A DNA stretch of 64,000 nt from NCBI GenBank assembly GCA_963709345.1, contig CAVPVX010000007.1, forward strand, positions 416,001-480,000. Reading direction: 5' to 3'. Source of the stretch: an uncultured Actinomycetes bacterium. GTDB taxonomy: Bacteria > Actinomycetota > Thermoleophilia > UBA2241. Every line of letters begins with the position of its first letter. Within the stretch, counting starts at the first letter, position 1. The position numbers and the translations under genes are program-made. Positions 1 through 9,615 of the stretch are shown piece by piece. The notes beneath the pieces were generated by a model. It ran no database searches. It was not told the origin of the DNA and saw only the letters and a list, made by a program, of their open reading frames with translations.

Positions 1-783
1 CAGGTCCGGGTCGTCGACGAGAAGCCGGACCAGCTCCTCGGACGAGCCGTCGATCACCAGCGGGAGCTCGTGCGCGACCAGCGCCTCGACGACCCGCGCC
101 GCGGAGACGACGGCGTTGCCGTGGCGCAGCGGCACCGAGGCGTGGCCGGCCGCGCCGCGCACGACGAGGCGGAATTGCGCGGTGCCCTTCTCCCCGCTCT
201 CGAGCAGGTAGACGCGGCGATCGCCACGGCGGATGAACCCGCCGCCGCCCTCGTTGATGACGTAGTCGGTACGGATGAGGTCCGGGCGGTGCTCGACGAG
301 CCAGCGGGCGCCGCCGACACTCCCCTCCTCCTCGTCGGCGGTGCACGCGTAGACGACCGTCCCGGCGAAGTCCGCGCCGGCGGCCGCCAGACGCGCCGTG
401 GCGACGGCGTGCGCGGCCACCAGGTTCTTGATGTCGAGCGCGCCGCGGCCCCAGACGTAGCCGTCCCTGATCAGCCCGGAGAACGGCGGCATCTGCCAAT
501 CCTCGGCGGTCGCCGGCACGACGTCCTCGTGTGCGAGCAGCAGCAGTGAAGGACCGGGGCGCCGGCCCTGCAGGCGCAGCACGAAGCTGCGCCTGTCCGC
601 CGGCTCGCCCACGATCTGCCCCTCGAGGCCGCGCTCCGCGAACCACGCGGCCATGAAGACGGCGACCTCGGTCTCGTTGCCGGGAGGGTTGGTGGTGTCG
701 ATGCGGATGAGCCGGCTGAGCAGCTCGCTCGTCTCGCGCTCGACCTCGGCCACCACGGCAGGGTCCACACCGGCGATTTCCAC
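1..783 (-). CDS. M20/M25/M40 family metallopeptidase/deacylase (3' end runs off window)
   Basis: Manual translation from GTG at 783 (GGAGGG upstream) gives LIRIDTTNPPGNETEVA...LLLAHEDVVPA...WGRGALDIK...ADEE, typical M20 motifs. Confidence 0.85.
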   Translation of the reverse strand, partial: MEIAGVDPAVVAEVERETSELLSRLIRIDTTNPPGNETEVAVFMAAWFAERGLEGQIVGEPADRRSFVLRLQGRRPGPSLLLLAHEDVVPATAEDWQMPPFSGLIRDGYVWGRGALDIKNLVAAHAVATARLAAAGADFAGTVVYACTADEEEGSVGGARWLVEHRPDLIRTDYVINEGGGGFIRRGDRRVYLLESGEKGTAQFRLVVRGAAGHASVPLRHGNAVVSAARVVEALVAHELPLVIDGSSEELVRLLVDDPDL

Positions 784-902
784 TCCAGCCCCTCCCTCGC
801 GTCGACGCCCGGACTCACGACGAGCATCATAACGGGCCGCCGGCGACCGCGCTCCCCAGCTTTCCGGGCTCCGGGGGGTGCGGTATAGTGTGTCTCCCGC
901 GC

Positions 903-995
903 GGAGAAGTGGCCGAGTGGCTGAAGGCAACCGCCTGCTAAGCGGTTAAGGGGGCTTAACCTCCTTCCCGGGTTCGAATCCCGGCTTCTCCGCCA
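903..995 (+). tRNA. tRNA-Ser(GCT)
   Basis: GGAGAAG acceptor stem pairs with CTTCTCC, anticodon arm CCGC-CT GCT AA-GCGG, long variable arm, GGTTCGAATCC T-arm, encoded CCA; TATAGT -10 upstream. Confidence 0.97.
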
Positions 996-1020
996 GTCTC
1001 ATCGACCTTCCGGAGCCCGC

Positions 1021-1473
1021 ATGACCCCGCTCATCCAGCTTCGCGACGTCACCGCGGAGAACTGGCGTGCCTGCGCCGACCTGGAAGTCACGGACGACCA
1101 GGCGGCCTTCGTCTCTCCGGTGACCCGCTACCTCTGCCTCTGCCAGTACGGCGGCGTGTGGAAGCCGCTGGCCGTATACGCCGGCGAGGACGTCGTGGGC
1201 TTCGCGATGTGGGCCGTCGACCCGGACGACTCCAGCGGCTGGATCGGCGGCCTCGCGATCGACGAGTCGCGGCAGCGACAGGGCTACGGCCGCGCCGCCG
1301 TGCTCGCCGTGCTCGAGCGGCTGCGCCGCGAGCACGCCTGCCCTTCGGCGGCGCTGAGCTACTCCCCGGACAACGAGGCCGCTCGCGGGCTGTACCGTTC
1401 GCTCGGCTTCATCGAGACCGGCGAGCGCGAGGACGACGAGCTCGTCGCGCGCCTCACCTTCGCCGTCGACTGA
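1021..1473 (+). CDS. GNAT family N-acetyltransferase (spermidine/diamine acetyltransferase-like)
   Basis: QRQGYG acetyl-CoA motif and N..A..LY.SLGF motif; GGAG RBS. Confidence 0.88.
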   Translation: MTPLIQLRDVTAENWRACADLEVTDDQAAFVSPVTRYLCLCQYGGVWKPLAVYAGEDVVGFAMWAVDPDDSSGWIGGLAIDESRQRQGYGRAAVLAVLERLRREHACPSAALSYSPDNEAARGLYRSLGFIETGEREDDELVARLTFAVD

Positions 1474-1578
1474 CGACTGCCGGGCCGACGGCGAGCCGAA
1501 GGCCCGGCGCCTGACGGCCGTCGGACGCTCCGGCGTTGTTCCCCGCCGGGGCTTTCGGGTATACTCTCGGTTCCTCGT

Positions 1579-1656
1579 GCGCACGTAGCTCAGTTGGATT
1601 AGAGCGTCGGTCTACGGAACCGAAGGCCGCAGGTTCGAGTCCTGCCGTGCGCGCCA
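1579..1656 (+). tRNA. tRNA-Arg(ACG)
   Basis: GCGCACG/CGTGCGC acceptor stem, TCGGT-CT ACG GA-ACCGA anticodon arm, GGTTCGAGTCC, CCA; TATACT -10 upstream. Confidence 0.97.
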
Positions 1657-1761
1657 GCTTCTTCTTCCCCTCCCCTCCGTCCCATCGACGCCCTTCGGCA
1701 CGGACTCCCTGCGGCCCGGGATGAAGCGCCGCCCCGTGTGCTCTACCATGGAGCGGGATCA

Positions 1762-2997
1762 ATGAGGCACGAGCTCACAGGCGGGAGACCCTCGACCATC
1801 GTGCGTGCGGCCGCGGCCGCGACGCTCGCGCTGTCGCTCGCGGCCGTCGCGACGGCCTGCGGCACCGCGGAGGTCATCAGCCGCCCCACGCCGCCACCCG
1901 TGCGCATCGGAGCGCTCTACAACCTCACCGGCTCGCAGGCCGTGCTCGACGCCCCATCGCTCGACGGCGCCCGGCTGGCGGTCGACCGCATCAATGCGAA
2001 CGGCGGCCTGCTCGGCCGTCGCGTCGAGCTGCTCGAGCGTGACGGCCAGACCCACACCGCCGACGTGCGCCGCGCCGCCCAAAGCCTGGTCGCGGCGGAC
2101 GTCTCCGCGATCATCGGGCTCTCCGACACCGAGCAGGTGCTGGCGGCCGCGCCCATCGCGGCGGCCGCCGGCATCCCCTTCGTGACCAGCGGAGCCACCT
2201 CCCCGCGCCTCCCGGCGCAGGTGCCGGACTGGCTGTTCCTCGCCTGCTTCGGCGACAACACCCAGGCGGCGGCCGGCGCCGAGTACGCCTACCGGCGGCT
2301 CGGGGCCCGCACCGCCGTCGTCGTCTACGACCGCGAGATGGAGTACACGCGGCTCCTGGCGCGCTACTTCTCGCAGACGTTCCGCTCCCTGGGCGGCAGC
2401 GTAGGCGTCTCGCGCGGGTTCGACGACGGCGACGAGGACGTCACAAGGCTGCTCGCCGCGCCCGGACGCTCCGGCGGCTCCCGCGACGCGGCCTCCGCGG
2501 ACATGGTGTTCCTTGCAGCAGGGCCGGAGGACGCCGGGCCGGTCGTGCGACGGCTGCGCGCCGCCGGCTACCGGCAGCCGATCATGGGCGGCGACAGCTT
2601 CGACAGCGTCGCGCTGGCGAAGGCCGCCAAGGCAACGGGCGGCGGCGTCTACTACACGACGCACGCGGCGCCCGGCCTCCCGTCGGCGAACGCCGCCATG
2701 CGGCGCTTCGATGCCTCGTACACCTCCGCCTACGGGCGGCCGCCGCAGAACGCCTTCGCCTGCCTCGGCTACGACGCCGTCGACCTCGTGGCGTCGGCCA
2801 TCGAGAGCGCCGGCTCGGTGCGGCCGGCGGCCGTGCGCGACGCCTTGCAGGCGACGCGGCGCTTTGTCGGCGTCAGCGGCACGCTGAGCTACGAGGACGA
2901 CGAACGCGTGCCGCGTAAACGCGTCACGGTCGTCCTCGTGGACCGGAGACCCGAAGTGGTGGCGCAGTTCACGCCACGCTTCGTGCCCGAGCCCTGA
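1762..2997 (+). CDS. Branched-chain amino acid ABC substrate-binding lipoprotein (LivK-like)
   Basis: Lipobox ATAC, RIGALYNLTG, INANGGLLGRRVEL, GYDAV motifs. Confidence 0.88.
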   Translation: MRHELTGGRPSTIVRAAAAATLALSLAAVATACGTAEVISRPTPPPVRIGALYNLTGSQAVLDAPSLDGARLAVDRINANGGLLGRRVELLERDGQTHTADVRRAAQSLVAADVSAIIGLSDTEQVLAAAPIAAAAGIPFVTSGATSPRLPAQVPDWLFLACFGDNTQAAAGAEYAYRRLGARTAVVVYDREMEYTRLLARYFSQTFRSLGGSVGVSRGFDDGDEDVTRLLAAPGRSGGSRDAASADMVFLAAGPEDAGPVVRRLRAAGYRQPIMGGDSFDSVALAKAAKATGGGVYYTTHAAPGLPSANAAMRRFDASYTSAYGRPPQNAFACLGYDAVDLVASAIESAGSVRPAAVRDALQATRRFVGVSGTLSYEDDERVPRKRVTVVLVDRRPEVVAQFTPRFVPEP

Positions 2998-3044
2998 CGG
3001 CGCCGGCCGGGTGAGCCCCGGCCGGCCGGCGCAGCCCCGCCGGC

Positions 3045-3731
3045 TCAGTCGCGTCCGCCGCCGAACAACAGCAGGAAGTAGAGCAACTGCGAGATCGAGG
3101 CGAGGGCGCCGGCGACGTACGTCATGGCGGCAGCCGTCAGTGTCTGCCGCGCCGCCACGGCCTCACCCGCGTTGACCAGGCCGTACTCCCGGATGTTGGC
3201 CATGGCTCGCCGCGAGGCGTTGAACTCCACCGGCAGCGTGACGAGCTGGAAGATGATCACCGCTGCGAAGACGATCAGCGCCAGCTGGACGAGCCCGAAG
3301 GCGCCGAAGATCATGCCGGCTATGAGGATGAAGAACCAGGCCTGCGAGCCGAAGGCGGCGACCGGCCAGATCGCCGAACGAATGGCCATCGGCGTGTACG
3401 CCTTGGCGTGCTGGATGGCGTGCCCGACCTCGTGCGCGGCCACCGCCGTCGCCGCCACCGACCGCCCCGAGTAGACGGCCTCCGAGAGGAACACCCCGCG
3501 CGTGCGCGGGTCGTAGTGGTCGCTGAGCGGTCCGGCCTTGGACGGCTGGACGGGCACGTTCTGCAGCCCGTTGCGGTCAAGGATCTCGCGGGCGACGTCG
3601 GCGCCGCTCCTGCCGCTGGAGACCGGCACGCGGCTGTTCTTCGAGAACGTGCTGCGCAGCCAGCCTTGGACGGCGAGGCCGAGGATGAGCGGGATTCCGA
3701 AGAAGATCAGATACAGAGAAAGGCTGTTCAT
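3045..3731 (-). CDS. Putative neutral zinc metallopeptidase (YugP-like membrane protein)
   Basis: DHYDP, AAHEVGHAIQH, TLPVEFNASRRA, AAMTYVA motifs. Confidence 0.92.
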   Translation of the reverse strand: MNSLSLYLIFFGIPLILGLAVQGWLRSTFSKNSRVPVSSGRSGADVAREILDRNGLQNVPVQPSKAGPLSDHYDPRTRGVFLSEAVYSGRSVAATAVAAHEVGHAIQHAKAYTPMAIRSAIWPVAAFGSQAWFFILIAGMIFGAFGLVQLALIVFAAVIIFQLVTLPVEFNASRRAMANIREYGLVNAGEAVAARQTLTAAAMTYVAGALASISQLLYFLLLFGGGRD

Positions 3732-3894
3732 CGATCGGGTCCACCTCTTGCGTGTAGAAGATCCGGTCAGAAACGTACAGCTACTCTACCCAGAACAGCC
3801 GGCGCCCGAGTCGCGGCGCTCGTGAAGAAGTGTGAAGACGGCGGCGCGGGTCGCCGGGGTTCTCACGCAGCCCGGATTCGGGCATGATGCGGCC

Positions 3895-4359
3895 ATGGGT
3901 GACCTGCACTTCCCGAGGCACGAGTACTACATGCGCCTGGCGCTGCGCGAGGCGCAGCGCGCGACCACGCACGGCGACGTCCCCATCGGCGCCGTCGTCG
4001 TGCTCGACGGCGAGGTCATCGCCGCGGCCGGCAACGAGCGCGAGCTGCGCAAGAGCCCCGTCGCTCACGCCGAGATCATCGCCATCGAGGAGGCCGCCGC
4101 CCGCATGGGCAGCTGGCGGCTCCTCAACACCGTCATCTACGTGACCCTCGAGCCCTGCCCCATGTGCGCCGGCGCCATCGTGCAGGCGCGCATCCCCCAC
4201 CTCGTCTACGGCGCCACCGACGAGAAGGCCGGCGCCGCCGGCACGCTGTACAACGTCTGCCAGGACGACCGGCTCAACCACTGCCTGGAGATCACCAGCG
4301 GCGTGCTCGCCGACGACTCGGCGGCGCTGCTGCGGCGGTTCTTCCAGGCGCGTCGCTAG
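3895..4359 (+). CDS. tadA: tRNA adenosine(34) deaminase
   Basis: HAE and TLEPCPMCAGA zinc motifs, FFQARR C-terminus. Confidence 0.93.
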   Translation: MGDLHFPRHEYYMRLALREAQRATTHGDVPIGAVVVLDGEVIAAAGNERELRKSPVAHAEIIAIEEAAARMGSWRLLNTVIYVTLEPCPMCAGAIVQARIPHLVYGATDEKAGAAGTLYNVCQDDRLNHCLEITSGVLADDSAALLRRFFQARR

Positions 4360-4495
4360 CGCCGAGTACCACCTGCGCGCCTACATCGGCTCCGGTCGCG
4401 GCGACGGCAGGTTCCGCGCCGGCCGCCGTGAACATAGCTCAAGGTGCGCCGGCCGCGCACCGAGATGAGGTGGAGAGCCGAGCGAAGGGGGACGC

Positions 4496-5959
4496 ATGGC
4501 AAGCACCGAGGCGGCGCTGGACACGGCCGCACGACCGGCGAAGACGAAGGCCCTGCCCTCACCCAGGACGATCACCTGGCTGACGATGTGCTTCATGACG
4601 GTGTCGGCCGTGGCGAGCATCCGCAACACACCCAGCATGGCCGTCTACGGCCTCGCCTGCGTCTTCCTCTACGTGCTGCCGGCGCTCGTCTTTCTGCTGC
4701 CCACCTCGCTGATCGCTGCCGAGCTGGCCTCCGGCTGGGACGGCGGCGTCTACAACTGGGTCAGCGAAGGCATCGGGCCCCGGGCAGGGTTCATCGCCAT
4801 CTGGACCCAGTTCGCGATGACGCTCACCTACTACCCGAGCCTCCTCGCTTACGTCGCCAGCACGCTCGCCTACGTCTTCATGCCGAGCCTCGCCAGCAAC
4901 GGTGTGTACACGGCCGCGGTGATCATCGTCGTCTACTGGGTCTCGACGCTGGTCAGCATGCGCGGTGTGGGGCTCGTCGCCAAGCTCTCGAGCAGTTCGA
5001 TGCTCCTCGGCACCGCCATCCCCGGCGCGGCGCTCGCGCTCCTCGGCGTCATCTACCTGGTCCAGGGCAACCCGAGCGCCGCGCCCATCGCGGCCTCGGC
5101 GCTCCTCCCGCAGATCGCCGGCATCGCCGGCCTCGTGCTCATTGTCAACAACTTCCTGTCGTACGCGGGCATGGAAGTGAACGCCGTCCACGTCAAGAAC
5201 ATGGCGAACCCCGCCAAGGAGTTCCCCAAGGCCATGTTCCTGGCCATGGGGCTCGTCGTCGTGATCTTCGTGGTGCCCGCCCTGGCCATCAGCTGGGTCG
5301 TGCCGTCCAGCCAGCTCACGCTCACCGGCGGCGTCATGCAGGCCTTCACCGCCTTCTTCGACCACTTCCGCGTCTCGTGGCTGACCCCGATCCTCGGCAT
5401 CATGCTCATCACCGCGTCTCTCGGCGGCATGATGGCGTGGCTGGCCGGACCGTCCAAGGGTCTGCTGCTCATCGGGCGCAAGGAGGGCTACCTGCCACCG
5501 TTCTTCCAGAAGGTGAACCCGGCGGGGATCCAGGTGAACATCCTGTTCGCGCAGGGCGCGATCGTCACCGTGATCGCCCTGCTCTTCGCCCTGATCCCGA
5601 ACGTCTCGAGCGTCTACTGGATCTTCTCGGTGATCACGACGCAGGTGTACCTGATCATGTACTTCCTGATGTTCATCTCGGCGATGCGGCTCCGCAAGTC
5701 GCAGCCCGACCACCCGCGCGGCTACCGGGCGCCGATCCTGCCGGTGCTCGCCACGGTCGGCCTCGTGAGCGCCGCCGCGGCCTTCCTCATCGGCTTCGTG
5801 CCGTCCAGCCAGTTCGGCGGCGGCAGCACCGCCCTCTACATGCTGATCATCGGCGGGGGGCTCCTGGTGATCGGCCTGCTGATCCCGTTCCTGTTCCTGT
5901 GGCTGCGCAAGCCGGCCTGGAAGAACGCCGTGCCGGCGCCGGCCGACGATCAAGCATGA
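4496..5959 (+). CDS. APC family amino acid permease (GadC-like antiporter)
   Basis: About 12 TM segments; AAELAS, YAGME, GPSKG, RGYRAP motifs. Confidence 0.88.
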   Translation: MASTEAALDTAARPAKTKALPSPRTITWLTMCFMTVSAVASIRNTPSMAVYGLACVFLYVLPALVFLLPTSLIAAELASGWDGGVYNWVSEGIGPRAGFIAIWTQFAMTLTYYPSLLAYVASTLAYVFMPSLASNGVYTAAVIIVVYWVSTLVSMRGVGLVAKLSSSSMLLGTAIPGAALALLGVIYLVQGNPSAAPIAASALLPQIAGIAGLVLIVNNFLSYAGMEVNAVHVKNMANPAKEFPKAMFLAMGLVVVIFVVPALAISWVVPSSQLTLTGGVMQAFTAFFDHFRVSWLTPILGIMLITASLGGMMAWLAGPSKGLLLIGRKEGYLPPFFQKVNPAGIQVNILFAQGAIVTVIALLFALIPNVSSVYWIFSVITTQVYLIMYFLMFISAMRLRKSQPDHPRGYRAPILPVLATVGLVSAAAAFLIGFVPSSQFGGGSTALYMLIIGGGLLVIGLLIPFLFLWLRKPAWKNAVPAPADDQA

Positions 5960-5972
5960 GGGGGTGATCGCG

Positions 5973-6389
5973 ATGGAGGAGAAGTCACACAAGTGGGTCT
6001 ACGTCACGCTCATCGTCGTCATCGTCGCCCTGATGGTCGTGGGGGCCGTGCTCTACCGCGACCAGAAGCAGACCGAGGAGGCGCGTGCCAAGGCGAAGGA
6101 GTTCATCGCCAAGCTGAACGCCGCCGGGATGCAAGCCCCGAGCGAAGAGGCCGCCGTCCGGCTCTTCGGCGGCGACGGCGGCCCCTTCGCCCAAGACCCG
6201 GACAAGACCCTGCTGCAGTCGCAGTACGCCTGGCAGCTGGGCACGTCCGGGCCGGCGAGCCGGCCCGTGATCCTCGACCCGGACTTCGTCAAGGCGGCCG
6301 AGATCTTCGTCTCGGTCTACGCCCCGGACAAGCTGGCCGAGTTCCAGGAGTTCGTGAACGGCCTGGAGCTCGAAGAGACCACCGAATGA
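5973..6389 (+). CDS. Hypothetical protein with one N-terminal TM anchor
   Basis: GAGGGG RBS, good codon usage, tightly spaced between permease and dipeptidase. Confidence 0.75.
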   Translation: MEEKSHKWVYVTLIVVIVALMVVGAVLYRDQKQTEEARAKAKEFIAKLNAAGMQAPSEEAAVRLFGGDGGPFAQDPDKTLLQSQYAWQLGTSGPASRPVILDPDFVKAAEIFVSVYAPDKLAEFQEFVNGLELEETTE

Positions 6390-6402
6390 CGAGGAGGGCA
6401 CG

Positions 6403-7746
6403 ATGCCCGCTGACGACCTGAAGCAGAAGACCGGCGACCTGATGCCGCAGCTGCGGGCCGAGCTCGAGAAGCTCGTGCGCCTGCCCTCCGTGGCCTTCCC
6501 TGACTTCCCTGAAGAGCCGGTGACGCAGGCCGGTGCGGCAGTCGCGCAGCTCCTGAGAGATGCCGGCCTGCCCGAGGTGCGCATGGTAGACGTGGCGCGC
6601 GCGCCGCAGGCGGTGTTCGGGCAGCGGCCGGCGCAGCCGGGCGCGCCCACCGTCCTGCTCTACGCGCACTACGACGTGCAGCCGGCGGGTCCGGCCGAAG
6701 CCTGGGCGAGCCCGCCCTTCGAGCCCACCGAGCGCGCCGGTCGCCTCTACGGCCGCGGCGCGGCCGACGACAAGAGCGGCGTCGTCATGCACGCCGGCGC
6801 GATCCTCGCGCTCGGCCCGGACTGCCCCGTGGGCATCAAGGTCCTGATCGAGGGCCAGGAGGAGAACGGCCAGGGCGGCATGGAGGAATTCGCGAGGGCG
6901 AATGCCGAGTTGCTCGCCGCCGACGTGATCGTCATCGCCGACGTCGGCAACTACGCCCTCGGCGTGCCCACGCTGACCACGTCGCTGCGGGGCATGGCCG
7001 CCCTCGACGTCGAGGTCGAGACCCTCGAGGGCGCCGTGCACAGCGGCATGTTCGGCGGTCCCGGCCCGGATGCGCTCATCGCCCTCACGCGCATGATCGC
7101 GACGCTGCACGACGACGCCGGCAACGCGGTCGTCCCCGGTCTCGACATCATCGAATACGACGGCGCCGACTACGACGAGTCCGCCTACCGCACCGACGCC
7201 GGCGTGCTGCCCGGCGTGGATCTCATCGGCAGCGGCACCGTCGCCCAGCGGCTCTACGGCAAGCCGTCGATCAGCGTGATCGGCATCGACACTCCGGCCG
7301 TCGACGGCGCCGCCAACGCGCTGATCCCGAAGGCCCGGGCGCGCGTCAGCGTGCGCCTCGCGCCCGGGCAACAGCCAGACGACGCCCAGGCGGCCATGAA
7401 GATACACCTTGAGGCGGCCGCCCCGTGGCACGTCCGGGTCAAGGTCACGCCGCAAGGCACCGGCGAGGGCTTCCTGGCTGCGACCGGCGGGCCCGGCTAC
7501 GCCGCCGCCGGCCGCGCCCTGGAGGCGGCCTTCGGCAGGCCGGTCGTCCACTACGGCCAAGGCGGCTCGATCCCGCTGGTCGCCGCGTTCCTCGAGGGCC
7601 AGCCGGGCACCGAGATGATCCTCTGGGGCTGTGAAGAGCCCCAGTGCAGAATCCACGCCCCCGACGAGAGCGTCGACCTCGCCGAGCTCGAGCGCTGCGT
7701 GCTCGCCGAGACGCTTTTCATCGCGGGGTTGGCCGAGACAGCTTGA
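6403..7746 (+). CDS. M20 family dipeptidase
   Basis: YAHYDVQP, YGRGAADDK, EGQEE, HSGMFGG, GGSIP, IHAPDES motifs. Confidence 0.92.
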   Translation: MPADDLKQKTGDLMPQLRAELEKLVRLPSVAFPDFPEEPVTQAGAAVAQLLRDAGLPEVRMVDVARAPQAVFGQRPAQPGAPTVLLYAHYDVQPAGPAEAWASPPFEPTERAGRLYGRGAADDKSGVVMHAGAILALGPDCPVGIKVLIEGQEENGQGGMEEFARANAELLAADVIVIADVGNYALGVPTLTTSLRGMAALDVEVETLEGAVHSGMFGGPGPDALIALTRMIATLHDDAGNAVVPGLDIIEYDGADYDESAYRTDAGVLPGVDLIGSGTVAQRLYGKPSISVIGIDTPAVDGAANALIPKARARVSVRLAPGQQPDDAQAAMKIHLEAAAPWHVRVKVTPQGTGEGFLAATGGPGYAAAGRALEAAFGRPVVHYGQGGSIPLVAAFLEGQPGTEMILWGCEEPQCRIHAPDESVDLAELERCVLAETLFIAGLAETA

Positions 7747-9359
7747 CCGGCAAGCGGAAAGACCGGCACGCCGCGCGCGACCGGCAGGCAGACCCGGGAG
7801 CTGCGGAGAAGCGACCGGTGGCGAGCGCCGCGGCCGCCGGCTCTCTGCGCTGGTGGTCGCTCGCCGGCCTGACGGCGGCGGCGGCGATCGTCTGGTTCGC
7901 CGCCGCCGGCATGCCCGTGGCGACCCCGCTGATCGCCGAGGACCTCGGCGGCTCGGTCACCGCTCTGCAGTGGGCGAACACCGCCTTCACGCTGATGTGC
8001 GGTGCGCTGGTCATCGCCGGCGGCCGCTTCGGCGACATCTTCGGCCGGCGGCGCGTGCTCGTCCTGGGGCTCGCCTTCTTCGCCGCCGCGTCGCTGATCG
8101 CAGCGCTGGCCCGCAGCCCGGAGATGCTGATCGCCGGCCGCGCCCTCATGGGCGTCGCCGCAGCCGCGATCCTCCCGGCGACGCTCGCCATCATCCCCAT
8201 CGAGTTCAGCGGCAAGGAGGAGGTGACGGCCTTCAGCGTGTGGATGGCCGTCGCGGGGGCGGGCCAGGCGCTGGCCCCCGCCGTCTCCGGCGCCCTGACC
8301 CAGGTCTTCGCCTGGCAGGCGATCTTCTGGGTCAACGTGCCGCTCTGCCTCGCCGCCTTCCTGCTCGTCCGGTCGACGACGCCGGAATCCCGCGACGAGG
8401 CCGCTCCGCACTCCATCGACGTGCCCGGCCTCCTGACGGTCGGCGGCGGGCTCATCGCGCTGATCTACGCGCTGAACGAGGGACCGGGCCGCGGATGGGC
8501 CTCTCCAGAGGTGCTGGGCGCGCTCGTGCTCGCCGCCGTGCTCCTGACCGCGTGCCTCCTCATCGAGCGCCATGTGCGCAACCCGCTGATCGACTTCGGC
8601 CTCTTCCGCCGCCGCTCCTTCAACGGCGCCCTCGCCGACAACTTCGTCTACAACTTCACGCTCGCCGGCACGATGTACGTGCTCGCACTGTATCTCGTGG
8701 AGGTGCGCCACTACGCCCCGTTCACCGCCGGTCTGCTCCTGCTGCCCTCCACCGTCGGGATGCTGCTGCTGCTACCCCTCGGCGCCCGGATGCAGTTGCG
8801 GACGGGTCCGCGCCTCCCCCTCGCCGCCGGCACGCTGATCATGGGCGCCGGCACCTTCATGGTGGGCTTTCTGACCACCTCGACGCCCTACTGGTGGTTC
8901 GCCGCCGGTCTGCTCATCCAGGGCATCGGCATCGGTCTCTTCTCCACGCCGCTCAGCGACACGGCGGTCGGCCTGGCGCCGCCGGCCGAGTCGGGAGCGG
9001 CTTCCGGCGTCTTCAAGATGAGCAGTATGGTCGGCGGGGCGTTCGGCATCGCCGTGCTCGCCGCACTCTACCGCGGGCTCCAGATCGCAATCGTGAAGGC
9101 CGACGTCGCCGCGGCCCACCTCACGCCGGCCCAGCAGTCGCAGGTGGACGACGCGTTCGGGAGCACCAGCCAGGCCGATGCGCTGTTCGCCAAGCTGCCA
9201 CCCGACGCTCAGACACGGGTCCTCGAAGCGGTGCGTGATGCCTTGGCCGGCGGCATCGGCGACTCGCTCAAGATCGCTGCCGTCTTCTCGCTGCTGGCGT
9301 TCGCCGCGGTGCTGTGGCTCGTGCCCAAGGGCATCCTGCACGCCGATCGCCACCGCTGA
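7743..9359 (+). CDS. MFS transporter, DHA2 (EmrB/QacA-like)
   Basis: GRFGDIFGRRR motif A, WQAIFWVNVP, about 14 TM; start uncertain (TTG 7743 or GTG 7818). Confidence 0.87.
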   Translation: MTGKRKDRHAARDRQADPGAAEKRPVASAAAAGSLRWWSLAGLTAAAAIVWFAAAGMPVATPLIAEDLGGSVTALQWANTAFTLMCGALVIAGGRFGDIFGRRRVLVLGLAFFAAASLIAALARSPEMLIAGRALMGVAAAAILPATLAIIPIEFSGKEEVTAFSVWMAVAGAGQALAPAVSGALTQVFAWQAIFWVNVPLCLAAFLLVRSTTPESRDEAAPHSIDVPGLLTVGGGLIALIYALNEGPGRGWASPEVLGALVLAAVLLTACLLIERHVRNPLIDFGLFRRRSFNGALADNFVYNFTLAGTMYVLALYLVEVRHYAPFTAGLLLLPSTVGMLLLLPLGARMQLRTGPRLPLAAGTLIMGAGTFMVGFLTTSTPYWWFAAGLLIQGIGIGLFSTPLSDTAVGLAPPAESGAASGVFKMSSMVGGAFGIAVLAALYRGLQIAIVKADVAAAHLTPAQQSQVDDAFGSTSQADALFAKLPPDAQTRVLEAVRDALAGGIGDSLKIAAVFSLLAFAAVLWLVPKGILHADRHR

Positions 9360-9429
9360 GCGGTACCTCGCCGCCCGCGCCCTGTCGTATACTGTTCGTC
9401 CGCTTCGGGCGCACGCCCTGAGGCTTCGC

Positions 9430-9522
9430 GGAGAGGTGTCCGAGTTGGCTTAAGGAGCGCGACTGGAAATCGCGTGGGCGGGGTTACCTGCCTCGAGGGT
9501 TCGAATCCCTCCCTCTCCGCCA
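9430..9522 (+). tRNA. tRNA-Ser(GGA)
   Basis: GGAGAGG/CCTCTCC stem, CGCGA-CT GGA AA-TCGCG anticodon arm, long variable arm, CCA. Confidence 0.97.
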
Positions 9523-9615
9523 CATCCACCAGCGCAGATGCAGCGGCCCCCACGACGCTTCAGAAGTCCTTCACAACTCCCCCGTATCCTTGCCTGACGG
9601 TGATGTCGGCGACCC

